Shown: positions 13,009 to 27,148 of the stretch, piece after piece
Position numbering within the stretch: position 1 is the first letter of the stretch
Layout of the letters: every line of letters begins with the position of its first letter
Source of the DNA: Gordius albopunctatus
Taxonomy: Eukaryota
Length of the DNA: 64,000 nt
Assembly: GCA_964276515.1 (NCBI GenBank)
Contig: OZ193909.1
Coordinates: 16,926,001 to 16,990,000, forward strand
Direction of reading: 5' to 3'
Program-made: the position numbers and the translations under genes
The notes under the pieces: model-generated
What the model was told of the DNA's origin: nothing
Seen by the model: the letters and a program-made list of their open reading frames with translations, nothing else
Databases searched by the model: none

Positions 13009-14173
13009 GTAATTGCAATTTAAAATATGAACTGGTTGCTTTATACATTCAAAGTCCATCTAAATCAACTAATATATCTTATAAAATTAGAATGAGTTAT
13101 CAATTGATAACATATTTTTGTTAATTTTAGCAGTGTCAAACCAGAATAGAAGAACAACTAGGCCAGCTACGACTAAGTGTAAATATATATTATCTTTGAC
13201 ATGATGTTTTTATAGTTGCTAATCAATTTATGTTTTGAATAATCACAACTATTAATAATAGTATCTTTGTAGTTGAATTTTAAAAATGATATTTAGTTTT
13301 ATTTTAATAAGGGAATTTGTTTTATGAATTTAGGAATACTTATCAAACATTAGAAAATATATGGCAACCCTTGACACATTCTAATAAGAAAAAGTTGAGT
13401 AGCCTGAACCAATTTAAAATATATCATAAAATTTTTCTGACGAGTAAGCATTAAATAACTACCTCATGGTATAGGAAAAATTTTGGGCTTTCATACGAAT
13501 AACTTCTTTATTCAAAGGTATTTTATTAATAAAACCGTTAAATATTTTCTCAATTTTAAGATATTTTTAACCAGCTGTACGGTTTTGTTCGCTTATTCAC
13601 AAGAACTGATTTGGTGGATAATGATTTGCTAGATTTTGGTGTCTATGTAAGACCTTAATTCATGTGAATTCGGCCTAAAATTGCTCATTTAACTTCAAAA
13701 GCCAATTAAAAAAGCTTATCATGTAACAAGGGTCTAGTATATAATCTAACATATTTCTGATATTAACTATACCCAGCACTATGAATCTTTGACATATATT
13801 TATATTAAAATCAGGTCTTCACAGGCCAAAGTATTCGGCTACAGGATTTCCGAACAAGTCGACAATGGCAACTAAGCAAACTACAACTTCCGGGAATTAT
13901 ATATTTTACAGTTAATCTTTGACACAGACATTAAAAAATAATCCTCATTTTTCTTATAGAAATTTTTATAATTAGTCATAAATACTCACCAAATGTTGTT
14001 CAAGAAAAATGATTTTAATATATTTAGGATAAAAACTTAAAAGGCCTAATTAGAGAAACCATAATATGTACGACTCTAACATTTAATACTCTTAGGGTAT
14101 ATAGCAACTTAAATCATTCTTCAGGGTTATAATTAAACGATACCACATAAATTACATTAAATTTTAAACATTA

Positions 14174-14476
14174 GCATCAACCATGAAGACGACCCAAGAA
14201 GTTCAATATATTGCGAATAACGAGACTGGAAACATATCAGTACACAACTGTTTGATGAGAATTGTGATGACAAAAAGTTCAGAAATATAAATTGTACTGA
14301 GTGTGGTAAAATACCGCTATGTTCTGATGCTACACCGACTGCCATTATATGCTATCACGATAAATGCGATGGAATTTGCAAGGCTAAATATATAGATGCT
14401 TGGAAATCTGAAGCTATAAACTGCGTCCCTACGAACATCACTAACTCTAATACATTTGTTCATTTATTATTTTGAA
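14174..14476 (+). pseudogene. Cys-rich (ShK/PLAC-like) terminal-exon candidate, possibly belonging to the decayed metalloprotease gene
   Basis: ...ENCDDKKFRNINCTECGKIPLCSDATPTAIICYHDKCDGICKAK...LLF*; preceded by Thr-rich phase-1 exon candidates at ~13131-13178 and ~13815-13891; needs a frameshift near 14240. Confidence 0.35.
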
Positions 14477-14578
14477 ATTTAGTTTATATCATGACAATAG
14501 ATATTTATCAATACACATTAATAATAATTAATAACTTTATAATTATTCCATATAGCATATCTATACACACATAAAAAA

Positions 14579-15392
14579 CTTCTCTTCTTCTTCTTCTTTA
14601 TGAGTTATTTGGTCCCACATTGGTGGGGTTTGTTTTGATGAGTCTCTTCCATCTTGACCGGGTGAGTGCCATGTTTTGAGTAATCTCTTTAGTTTCCATA
14701 ACTTTACCGACTTGCCCTTTCCACGTGACACGGGGTCGTCCTCTTGCTCTCTTCCCCGGTACCTCCATGTCCAGTACTTTTCGATTTACGTCATCCGTGA
14801 CTCTTCTTAGTATATGCCCATACCACCTTAGCCGATTTTCGTTAATCATGTCCGCCATAGGTTGAATACCCATTTTTGTCATGAAAAAGTCATTCGTCAT
14901 CATATGGTCGAGCTTAGTATACCCCAAGCTCTACCGTATCATTCTCATCTCTGTGCCTTGTAATAACTTTAATTCCGTGGTGTTTAATGCCCATGTTTCA
15001 CTTCCACAGAGTAACACCGGTCTTACGATGGATTTGTAAGCTTTGCTCTTCAACCATATTGGCATTTTCTTGTCGCACATTACACCGGATATACTTCGTC
15101 ATTTAAGCCATCCTTTTTGGATCCGGGCATTGACTTCCGTTGCGCAACCTCCCTCTTGATGTAGCATTGAGCCGAGGTAAGTAAACCTGTCTACTTTTGG
15201 GTACTTTAGATGGGCATCCAGCGATGGGGTGCCTTTACCGTTCATTTGCATGTATACCATTTTTCGATCGTTGACTTTTAAATCATATCCATCTAAGAAC
15301 TTTGACCACTTTTCGGTTTCTTCGAATACTTTCTCCCTTGTTTCCTCGCATAGTACTATATCATCGGCATATAGCATATACCATACCATGGC
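14579..15392 (-). mobile_element. RTE-clade LINE 3' fragment
   Basis: LYADDIVL RT motif, FTYLGS, RLRWYGH, GKRARGRPR; (GAA)n tail (plus-strand cttcttctt at 14579-14598). Confidence 0.85.
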
Positions 15393-17045
15393 GATCATAA
15401 ATTTAAATATTTCAATCATTTCCATGAATGTAGCTAGGGAGTTAATGGAAATAGAGGGATTCGGGCAAAGATTATAAAAATAACTTGGGGACGGGTGGTA
15501 AAATTAAGTTTCCTAATTTTTTTTTAGCATTTTCCACATACAAATAATAAAGTAACAAAATAATTCGCTATCTAAAAAATCCCATTGAGCCCGAATTGCC
15601 CGAATCTTATCATCGTGCCCTCCGATTATAAAAATTACGAAAGTTGCCCGCCTGACCCGTGGGCAGGATAGGCAGGTCCGGGCAGCGTGTTGGGCATTTT
15701 GGTCTCTGATAGAAAGGGAATTCATGTTTATAAAAGTAAATAATGTCCTTTTTACATTTTTAACCTCATTCATTTGAATGTCTATAGTTGATGAATAAAA
15801 AATATGCGTAAAATTATTTATTCTAATTATTTATCATCTTAGGGGATAGAATCACAAGTTCATATTGATAGACATTGCGTAACCCATTTATTCCATATTA
15901 ACAGAAACTTTAGGCGGGAGGCTGATTTAACAAAAAATGTTGCTATTAGGGAAACAAACCACATTTAATTATCAAATATATTTATCAACCCACTTTAACT
16001 TTAAAACTACTCGAGTAAGACACTCTAACTTTTAATAAGTTATGAATTAATTAAAATTAGGGAATATATCTTCTTTTTACGTAAAAAGGGAAACTTGAAC
16101 CTTTTAGCGTCTAGCCTAATGTAAGATGTAATTTGATCAATTCAGGTATACAACAAAGTCTAATTAATTTAGGTATAGAAAGCTTAGTTAATTCTATTTG
16201 GGTAATTTTTGTGAATGAACACAAAATTTGTAAGTTTAAATCCACATGTAAAAGTAATGCACTATTTTAAATCATAAGAAACCGACATTAAAGGTGATCA
16301 AATGCTCTGAAATGACATTTTTTATAATAGCTTGAAGGATGATTTTATAAACATAAATCGACCCAAATCCCAACCATTTTAAATTCGTGCCTTAAGATCG
16401 GGAGCATATTGCTCCCCTACATCAAACACAATTAATTAGCTGTATAAAAATTACTCTATGATTAGGTAAATTGACCACACATTTTAAACAAAATTACTAA
16501 AATATAAGGGTTATCTCAAAAAAAGAATTTATTATTAAGTCTTAGAGTAATTTTAAGGGGCGAAGGGACTCAAATTTTATAAAAAAAAATTTCCATCTTA
16601 AATTAATTAACTAAACAACCCTAGTATTTTGAACGAAGCAATGAAATTTTTTTTACAATATTTAAGAACCGCTGAGAGCTAATTTACACACAACTCACCA
16701 CTGAGAAAATGGATGTGAAAAAATAAAGTAGGTATATTTTTTAATAAGGATGAAAGTGCATATACACTTTATAATCTTACAATTACAACGATAAGAGCTC
16801 TTGACCGCTGTAAATAAATATTTCCAAGTTCTAACAAAGAACAAAAGGACATCTCTCATCATGTGGAACGGAGAGGAGACTGACCACTACCCTTATCTAA
16901 GTTTGATCTGATTAGAAATTTATCTTGATTTTATTTCCTTTATATTAATATTGTGGTTTTGACTTTCTACCCTACATTTAAAATAAAACCTTTTATTAAG
17001 ATTTAACCCTAAGTTTTGGGAAATTCCATTGATTAATATAGCTAT

Positions 17046-20000
17046 ATGATATTCCGGTGGAATACTTCTATATTCGAGGTCCAACATCGCTTCATCTTAA
17101 TCATTTCGTTGCTTATTTGTCAACTTATTAGATCCACGAATTCCAATACAACCTCGAGTGAATTCCAGGTATTCCATAGCTAAAAAATAATATTAAAAGT
17201 AAAATTTAATCCGTTTTAACTGAGTTATCTTGATTGTAAAAAATTAACTGATGCTACTTGTATAGGCGAAAATTTATTTTTTGCTGAAAACTAAAGGTCT
17301 AAAGTTGAGAAACATGTACATTGTTAAGGTATTATTAGGCAAGAATATACAATAAAATTGCATTTAATTTATTAAGAAATTTTGGAAAGGATCGCAATTT
17401 ATTTACACTTTTTCATACACGTCTTTACAAATCATTAATTGCCTTTTATTTTTAATTTTCCGAAATTAAGTTTGATACGAATCACTGAAAGTTCATATGA
17501 CCTTCTAAAATCGAATCACGTTAAGACAAACGTTTAATTAAATGCGTTAATCCATTATATAATTTAATTATTTTTCTTAACTCAAACTATTTAAAAAAAT
17601 ATAATTAATTTATTAAAATAGCTTTTATTTGAATCACAACCTTTTTGCTGAACATTACTAAATAAATACCATAATTTTACCAAAAAATACATATTTTGTG
17701 AAGGTGAGATAAATAAATTAGATTATAAAAACATCTATAAACTACTGGAATAGATCGCTGGATTCGACGAGAGGAACGATATAACGCATGAGCCCCCTCC
17801 AAATATATTGCTCGGGCGTACCTTAGATGAGTGGTATCAACTGAAGAAAGTTTGGCTGAAAAGGACGCGATATGTACTCGGACAAAATGGAGTGAATAAT
17901 TGGGATAATGATGAACAGGTATTATTTCCTATGAACTACTTCATATTATGTAATTAGGCGGGGGCGGGGATAATGGGAGGGTCATCAAAATGATCATTCT
18001 TTGAAATGTTAGCCATAATATTAATAAATTTAAACATATTTTTAGATTTAGAGGGGGTAGCCGCCCTTCCCTGCCCCCCTTGGTTACTCCCATGTTTTGT
18101 GGTGTTCATCACACCATAAAAAATTTGATTATAAACGCTACTAAATTCAAAATAAAAAGCTATTTTTCCACAATTACTGTTAATTTGTTAGAAATTTTTG
18201 GTAAAACAATAAAATTGGATTTGAATCAATATCCTCGTGTCTCCAAATATCTGAAGTTCTCGACTAAGGGGTTTAACTTAACGGCGGAAAGAATTGAGAT
18301 AAAAATATTATATTTAAAAATGATTCGATATTTGCATGATATTCGTATAATTACACGATTTTTTTTAAACATTCTCATAATTTTTTTTTAAATTATACTA
18401 TTTAATTTATAATTGAAATAATTGCATAACTCGACATTTAATAAGGAGTATACAATGACAAAATAATCGTTTTAAATAAAATATCGAAGAAAATTTACTT
18501 AAAAATTATTCAACATCCAAATATTATCATATAGTTGACAGCGGAATGGGATGGAAAATTTGACGATATAATTCCAGTGTTGAGGCAACAGCGATTTTTT
18601 GATCCGGAATTCGTGCATGCTAACAAATATCGGAGAAATAAACGCAAAATTATACCAGGTCCAGAATACAAGTGGCTCATGCCTATTCATTATCAATTCG
18701 AAGAAAAGTTGAGTAAATAAATTCAATCATAAATTAAATAATAATTTTATTTTTATTCAGATGACACAGTGAAGAATATAATAAGGACCGCTATTAAGCA
18801 TTGGGAAAGTGAGACGTGTATACGATTTAAGTACGACCCAGAGTATGCCGGTGATTATCTAATTTTCAAAAGTCCAGGAAATGTTGGGTATACATCATGT
18901 TGATTAAATTTTTCAAAAATACTAAGCATTTAAGCTTATGATTTTAGTGCTACTGCTGAGTTATAACATTTTTAAAAGACTTGTTGTTTATTCGGTAAAA
19001 TTTAGCTTATCTTTATGACAATTATAAGTAAATAAAAGCATCACAAACAATTTATCAGTAAGGTATTATCTTGAAAGTTGCCAAACTTAGTGTAATTGAT
19101 CGATATTTTTTAGAATTCTAGCATTACAATATTAATTTTTTTATCAATTTATATAAAAATAATATTTCTTATTTGTGTATTTTTTATGATACTTGTCTAT
19201 TAGGAAATGTTATTTTATATTTAAACGGTATTTTTTAATTAAATAAAACAAAATCTATTTTTTAGCTGCGCTTCGTTCGTAGGCAGGGTAGGGGGTGAAC
19301 AATCTATTTTCTTGGATGCTGGATGTCATTTCGTAAGCACTTGCAAATTTTTCACATCTATAAATTGATTTCCCTTAAATAAAACATATATTTATTTAAA
19401 AAAACTTATTTGTATTATTTCTAAGACATACATCTTTTTGCACGGAATGCGGTTTAATCATAAATATTGATATTTATCACCTCGTAAAGTTATAAGCGAA
19501 CTCTACTAATTAGTGTTGTAAAAACTTCTGGGTTTTGTTTGGTTGGCCTTTGGAGTTTTACAGCACACAAATTTTAAAAACTGTCACCCATTTAACGCAA
19601 ACGGTTAGGGAATAAATAGTATATAAGGCTACACATAAAACAGCAAACAGGCATTATGAAATTTTTATTTGTGTATAAAACATTAAATAATATCGATAAA
19701 AATTGTACCACAGGTTCCGATAGTTATACACGAAATAGGGCATTCGTTGGGATTTTTTCACGAGCAAAGCCGGTCTGGGAGAGACAATCATTTGCTTATC
19801 AATATGAGCGCCATCAACGTTTTAGCTGCTTCAAATTTTCACATCGATGAAAGTTTAAATCTTGGTACATCATACGATCCTGGCTCCATCATGCATTACG
19901 GACCTAACGTAAGAATTTCCTTAATAACTTTTAACATACAAGTTATAAAGAGGGTAGAGAATGATCAATGTGGGAAAACATTTTTAAATCCTTTATGGCT

Positions 20001-23000
20001 GTTTCATAAATTTTAGAGAAAGTTAGTATTTAGAACCCTGCACTGGTGGCCCAAAGCCCGACCCGGCTTAAAAAAGTTTCGGGACGGGTTGGATTTAATA
20101 AAATAAACGGGCTTAATACAATAAAAAAATTGTTTGTTATTTTAAATTGTTTTACAATAGTTCGATACATTAGATTTTAATTGAATAGAATGAAATCCTT
20201 GCAAAATGGCTTTTCATTTGTCCCAGCCCGGCCCGAACTTGATAAATCTTAATCCCCTAGCCGACCTGAGCGAGGTCTAAAATCTTGACTTTAGACAACT
20301 AACCATTTATAAAAAAATTTTCAAAAAACCCAACTCAATAAAATAAATATCTACCCTACAACGCACATAACACATCTATCAAGCTTTAGATTACAAAGTT
20401 AGGCCGGATCATAATTCTTTTTTATTTTGCTATTTATTATAATTTTTTTCTCAATTAAACCATCATAAATTAGTTTAAAATTGGCAATATGTAGATCATC
20501 TTAATAAACCATAAAGGTTAAACTAAAATATTAATAGATCATAACTTTCGAAATCCACTTTAATTCTTAATGTAGATATTAAAAGAAATTTAAAGTTATA
20601 GGCATATTGTAAAAAAACACCATTCACCTTATAATTAGAACAAAGAAATATTTAACAATTTCGCGACGAGGTCGGGGCCGAGCCTTAGTTATATCCGAAC
20701 CTGACACGAATCCGTCCAGGCCCGGTTCCTAATATTTTGCTTAAAAAGAGAAGCCCGTTCAGCCAGAGCCGTAGACGTCTTTAATAGAATATACCAACAT
20801 AAACACGTGTTTAAAAATATCCTTGAATAAATTTTTTACCGATTCCTAACAGGCATTTTTGGATAAAACAAAAAGAGGGCCAGTTATAAGGACGGTAAAT
20901 CCATTGTTGCAAACGACTATAGGTAGCAGTGCCCAGCTCTCCTTTTTTGATAGCATGGCTGCTAACCGCTACTACTGCCCAGGTATAATATTCCTTAAAT
21001 TTCATCAGTTTTGAATTATATTAATTGTTATAAATATCAATTACTTTCTTTAAAATAATAATTAGAGTGTGAAACTTATCTAGATCTACATCAACAATAT
21101 GTATTAGGTTTATAAATTTTATGTCTCCCTAAAATATAATATTGATTTAAAATATAAATTTATGCAGTATAATAAAAGTTAGAAGATAGATATATATATA
21201 TTTATAAATTTATTTTGCTCAAGTTTTTAATCAATACTTTACCGTTTTTAATGTGCGATGGGAATCCGATTAGAATTGTTCAGTTAAATTAAAAATATGA
21301 TATAAATATTCCTTGACAAAATTTTTGTTTAGAAAATTGCAAAAACCATCCGCCTTTGCCATGCAAGCATAAGTCTTACCTAAATCCCAACAATTGTAGA
21401 AGATGCAAATGTCCCAATATTTTATCGGGCGTCTTTTGCGATAAAGTAGAGCGTAGTAAAGGTAAAATTAAGATGACAAAACTAAATTGATTTAGAAATA
21501 TACCACATTAAATGATGCGAAATGATATATTTATGTAAATGCGGATAGCCCAAAGGAATTAGAAATGAGCAAAGCCCCCCCCCCCTCCACCCCCTTTTTA
21601 TATCTAGAAATCGTTTTTAAAATTAAAATATGTTAGAACTATTATTGCCCCCTCTAATTCAAATTTTAAATGTGCCCATGTTTATCCGTCTTTAAGCTAT
21701 ATTTAAGAGGCTAGTTTAACGTTTTCTTTAATCCTCGAGAGCATTCGTGGGGTACCACGGACCCCGCAATAGTTATAAACTTAAATATAAAACGCATTTA
21801 AAAGCGAATTGATCTGGCCTTTTCAGTAACCCAATATTTTACCAAGAACTAAGTTTGAGAAAAATTTTATAACTTTTGGCCCACTACTTTTTAAAATATA
21901 GCATCTTTCTCACTTGAGTTTTTTATGTTGGAAAAATGTATATATTTTTTTCGTTTGATGATATCTTTTACAATTTGTGTTTTTAATACATTTTGAACAT
22001 TCTTTTAATAAAAAATCACGTTTATTTTGATTTATTTTAAGGTATATGATGTCAAGAGGTAAAACTCTAAAATAACCAAAATAAAAATGGGGGTCCAGAA
22101 AATCCTTAATAAGTTTTGTAATGTTTATTAGATTCATATCAAAATTTATACCATCAATCTTAAGACCTTTATAAACACATGTTTAAAATTTGAAAGGTTT
22201 AAAAAGAATACTTAAGCCTTAAGAAGTTAAAAAATGGGGTCAAATATACCTCACGAATGCTCTCGCGTTCGGGATTTTCAGGAATGCTCTCGAGGGTTAA
22301 TTGAATTAGTAATGTAATATAATAAAAAAATTTGAAACTACTATCAACAGCTTTGGGGTTATCATTGTTTGTTATTTAAAATTATTTTACAATAGTTCGA
22401 TACATTAGCTTTTAATTAAATAGAATGAGATCCTTGCAAAATGGCTTTTCATTTGTCGGAGTCCGGCCCGAACTTGATTTATCTTAATCCCCTAGCCGAC
22501 CTGAGCGAGGCCTAAAATCTTGACTTTAGACAATTTTATATGTGATGATTATTTTACCTTACAAATACATAATGAGATTGGTTACTACTTTTATTTAACT
22601 ATAATTTTTAATGTAATATTCTGGCTTCAAAAATATAAATTTTAGTTTAATGGTCTTCCATGATTTTTTTGAATTACCATAGCTATTTTATATACACTTA
22701 TTATAAATGTGTATTAGAACAAGATTGATGATAAAATATTATTAAACCAAAAAGGATGAAAGGCAGGGAAGAATAGCTAGATAAAGCTTTTATAACTTAC
22801 AAGAACTTTTTCTTTTTTTAAACAAAAATGGTCAAATTTAATAAATTCTATTTTCTAATGGTTTGGTTATTATGATTTGCTTCGAGCCAGCTTCGGGTCT
22901 TGGGTTTAATTGAGCCAGCCCGATCCGAGCCTTAGGGCCCAATTATTTTATTAACTTTTATTCAAGACGGGCCCAAAATTCTCTCAAGCCGAATCGGACC

Positions 23001-26000
23001 TCGGCCCATCCTTGCAGGGTTCTAAAAAACTAATATTTTACACCCATCACTAAAATGAACTCAAGCTCAACTCAAAGTCAAATTAACTGTCAACATTTCG
23101 TTTTTCAGTGCAAAGATAAATTGTTCTTATTTATGCTACTTAAAAAATACAATTATTTAATTTAGATTTTTTTGTATTTTTCTGCATTCTGAATTTATTT
23201 TTGCAGGTAACTGTTCAAGCAACGTTGGTACGATTATATTAACACCAGATCACCCTAGCATAACAATTCAATCTTATAATTTTCCCAATAATTATTCCCT
23301 GGATGCCCGCTGTAACTGGATGATTAAAGTAAGTATAAGTTTTATCAAAATGCTTGAGGATTTTAACCACAAGCTGTGAATAAAATTTTATAAATTTAAA
23401 ATATATACGTCGGGGTAGCCAGCATTGGAATTATAGGGGGGCAAGAATGATTTAGGGAGGGGCAAAATGTTTTTTTTATTTTGGCCATAATTTTAATAAA
23501 TTTCAAAGAATTTTTGGACTTAGGCTATGCCTATGTATGAATATCTAAAACAATCTTTGAAATAGGTATAGAAATTAGATCAGTTCATATTTTGGATATC
23601 AATTGGCTAACTTCATTATCCCAGGTTCTTATTTGCCTAGATAACAACTTTAAGGCATAAAATTATATAAATTACGTTTTATAGACCTGGATGGCCCCAT
23701 ATAAATTGACACCAAGCAATTAAAGCCTATAAATACAATAAAATGACAATTATTTATAATGTTGTAGTCATTTAAAGCGAAGGGCAGAATTTAATTATTT
23801 TAGGAATGACAGTATGGGCGTAGCCAGCATTGGGATTAGAGGAGGCCAAAAATGATTTAGGGAGGGGCAAAATGATCATCTTTTGAAATTTCAGCCATAA
23901 TTTTAATAAATTTTCATTTTTTGGATTTAGAGGGGAGCAGCCGCCCCTCTCTGCCCCCTTCCTCCCCGCCAAAAAATGCTTTTCACTTAAATGATAACTA
24001 TTCATAAACCATAATCCACAAATGTAGGCATTTGATCCAAGCAATCCCTTTGCTAGCCCAAAACTTTTGTTCGAATTCAATCATTCGGCCACCTTCGATA
24101 TGCCCGTATCAAATAAATCCGGTTCTTGTCGACATTGGGTTGAGATCAAGCATCAAAAAGATTTTGCGATCACTGGTCCTAGGTAAATAAGCGTAAATTA
24201 TGAACTTTTCAATGTCATGACACCATTGTTATTTATATCTGCATATTCCAAAAGAAGACTCCTTTCTCTCTTATGCCCGGTGTAAAATATTAATTACCTA
24301 AACCTTTTTTCATCTAAGTGAAACAATTAGTGATCGATATTTTTGTTTGAGTTAAATAACCAAATAATACTTGTAATAAAAAAATTAGGGCCTAAACTTT
24401 TCTACTCTTTAAACAAAGCTTATAATTGAATTTTTTTAAAAATCATATCGTCAAGGAATAGGCAAAATTATAGAAAAAATTGGCGTTTTATTAATAAAAG
24501 ATTCGATCTATTAAAATATATATATATAAATATCTGCAAATTTAACACAACCTAAAATTTTATTTATATCTTCACTAAATTTAATGTTGCCCATAACATA
24601 TGACTAAGCTTTTAAGAAACAGTTAATAAAGCTTATGTGCAGGTCTCTTATAATGATTATTAACATCCATCTAATGACAAAATTGTTTGCCTGATGCGCT
24701 CTTTTTATTTCATAATAGATTTTGTGGGAACGTCCCCTATCCCAATAAAATTATATCCAGCACAGACACAATATTAGTAGCATTCCGATCTCACTCTATG
24801 TATATTTCAAACTCCAGTTATGGTTTTCAGGCGACGATCTCATACTGTAAACTTTATTTTAATGCTTCGTTACAATACATATCCAACACATTATAGAGAA
24901 TAATATAATTTATATGTCACGCATAAAACAAAAATATTGATAAAAAAGGAACCATAATTTTTTAAATCGATTTAAACAGGTGAGAATTGTAGCCCAAACG
25001 TTACCCAAAATATTACAAATCTATTTAACCCCAATGAGTTTACTTTCGCCTACGATTGGTCGACTCAAACTACCACGTCTTCGATTTGGTCCGGTAATAA
25101 TACGTCCGTATATCCTGGATCAACTGCCGCCAACTCCTCAATCACAGGCGACAACTCGACTCAAAACACTAACGATACCGAATCCAAAATTTGTTCACAA
25201 TGGACTGAATGGAGTCAATGCACGGAACCGTGTGGTGGGTGCGGAAAGCGATACAGCCTCAGACGTTGTCTGCCATTCGTTCATAAAAATAAGTGGATTC
25301 GCACTAAAAATTGCAAATCCGATCCTTGCCAACTGAATAGAACTTATTCTTGTTTTGTCCCAAGGTAATATTTCCTTCGTTGTCTGAATTTAACAAATCT
25401 TTCGGGTAAAATACTAGCTAGGCAACCTAGTAAGCATATAATGTGGCATTCCCATAGACCAATAGACTGCTAAATCCCTTTTAAGAGTTGTTCCAAATTT
25501 TGGTATCCATTTTGAAATTTAATTGAATTGTTAGGTCTATGCTTATAATATTTTCGGCTATGCCCTATATATTTGTTTTGATATAAAAATGTAAATCATT
25601 TAGAGTTTTATCCACATGAGCTTTTGAGAATCAAAATATTGGTATAAAAATTGATAATTAATTATAAACAAAATTAACTTTTATAGTGCCATTATTTTCT
25701 AACATGAATTTTCACCAATTCATATGGTTTGATGAATTTTAAAAATCGTTATAATGATTATAATGGGTTGTTTCCTGTTATAAGATCAATGATTATTGAC
25801 CAATACAATCCATCGCTGTACAAACTCTATGTAGATTTTCAAAATGGCGGTCTTTTTTTGCAACACTTTTGATGTGTGAATATATAAGAGTGGGCATTAC
25901 TAGCCCTTATAGTAGTCGTTAAGCCTGTCTGAGAGATATGACGCATCAAACGTAGCTAGGGTTTTACTCTGGAAAAAGATGGTATCAATTTGAATTTTAG

Positions 26001-26328
26001 ACTAAAAAGTTTATAAAAAAGCCTAAAAACGTAGCAAGAATTATATATGTAGATCGCAAAAGGATTTAATATAATTTCCGTATTCTTGTTGTGCAGATAT
26101 TATCCCTCCTATGCTTGTGTTTGCACGAAGAAAGATATATGCTGCCCTGGATACATTTATAATGTGGGTAAATGCCAAAAAATCATTGTTCCACCAGAGC
26201 AAAATAGATGGGGCTTATGGAATTGGACCCGTGCCCTGGGGAAGACCATTAAAAAAAGACTTGGTTATGGGATATACGAGTATATATCGGACCATGTTGA
26301 TTTTAATGGACGTGTGTATATTAATTAA
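17046..26328 (+). CDS. Secreted astacin (M12A) metalloprotease with EGF, CUB and TSP1 domains (nematode NAS-33-38-like architecture); 13 exons
   Basis: Exons 17046-17168 (signal-like FILIISLLICQL), 17754-17918, 18535-18712 (RRNKR furin-type site), 18761-18887 (HWESETCIRF), 19266-19332 (CASFVG), 19714-19908 (HEIGHSLGFFHEQSR, SIMHY), 20853-20982, 21333-21461 (EGF-like), 23207-23328, 24028-24182, 24719-24846 (CUB), 24980-25364 (S/T linker, WTEWSQCTEPCGGCG TSP1), 26097-26328 (CCPGY...stop). All introns GT-AG with compatible phases. Confidence 0.9.
20031..20780 (+). mobile_element. hAT-type MITE remnant in an astacin intron; internal ~165 bp (20130-20298) recurs at ~22366-22533
   Basis: tagaaccctgcac terminus of the family; near-identical direct copy in a later intron, with a right terminus tgcagggttcta at ~23013-23024. 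Confidence 0.55.
21732..22296. mobile_element. piggyBac-type MITE
   Basis: TTAA|TCCTCGAGAGCATTC ... GAATGCTCTCGAGGG|TTAA: TIRs flanked by TTAA TSD. Confidence 0.85.
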
Positions 26329-26345
26329 CTTATCATATATTAGCT

Positions 26346-26487
26346 CATGGGCATAGCCAGGGAGGGGCAACTGCCCCCTCTCTTGATCAAGTGAATCTTA
26401 AAAATTTAATAAAACGAAATAAATTCTAAAAATTATCATGTTGTCATTCCCAAAAGCATTAATGTTACAATCCTGGCTAGGCCCATA
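26346..26487. mobile_element. Short CATGGGC-type MITE just after the astacin stop codon (related fragments at ~17957-18093, 23410-23535, 23814-23970, 54780-54966)
   Basis: catgggcatagccagg / cctggctaggcccata inverted ends; degenerate 8-bp TSD tattagct/tgttagat. Confidence 0.55.
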
Positions 26488-27148
26488 TGTTAGATATTTG
26501 TAAGTCACACATTTCATTATAATGGTAACCCGTGGGTAAACAATCTTTCAAGCGCCATTGCATTGATATTATATATATTAGTAAAAATGAATTTATATAA
26601 GCCATTCGAAAATTATCATATATGAATAAATTTTAAATATTATTAAAAAAAGTTGTACAATATTTGAATGCTTTAAATTGGTATTTGATTGACTTTATAA
26701 TAAAGGACAACGTATTTCTAAAAATATAGAAATTTAAAAAAGGGTTTAACGCTGGCTATATTATCTAAAGCTATTAGACCACCTAAAACTATATCGAGTA
26801 TTGATAATAACTATTTTTTCAATAAACATTAAATTAAAGGTAAAATAAGGATGCTTCATTTGAAAAAAGAAAGATGGCATAGAACCTATGATCAAAATAA
26901 TTAAACCTTATATCGTGATATTGAAATTATAGTTACATTAATTTAGATCTTAAGTCTGATATAATCTTTAATTTATAAGTCAAGTAAACTAAAGTTTAAT
27001 TTTAAAATAAAATTGCACAGTTACACGCAACCAATATAATTAAATGCGTATCTATAACAATTAATAAGCTTTATTAACAATAGAATACAATGAAAAACTC
27101 AACAATGGTTATTAAAATAATTTAAATTTATTAACGCTAACATTTAAT

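Noticed and set aside
24980..25336. 118-aa ORF in the track
   Set aside because: Wrong frame; the real astacin exon (S/T linker plus TSP1) is read in another frame.
25835..25975. Extra astacin exon candidate (FSKWRSFFATLLMCEYIR)
   Set aside because: No phase-compatible donor before a stop; exon 12 joins the last exon in phase without it.
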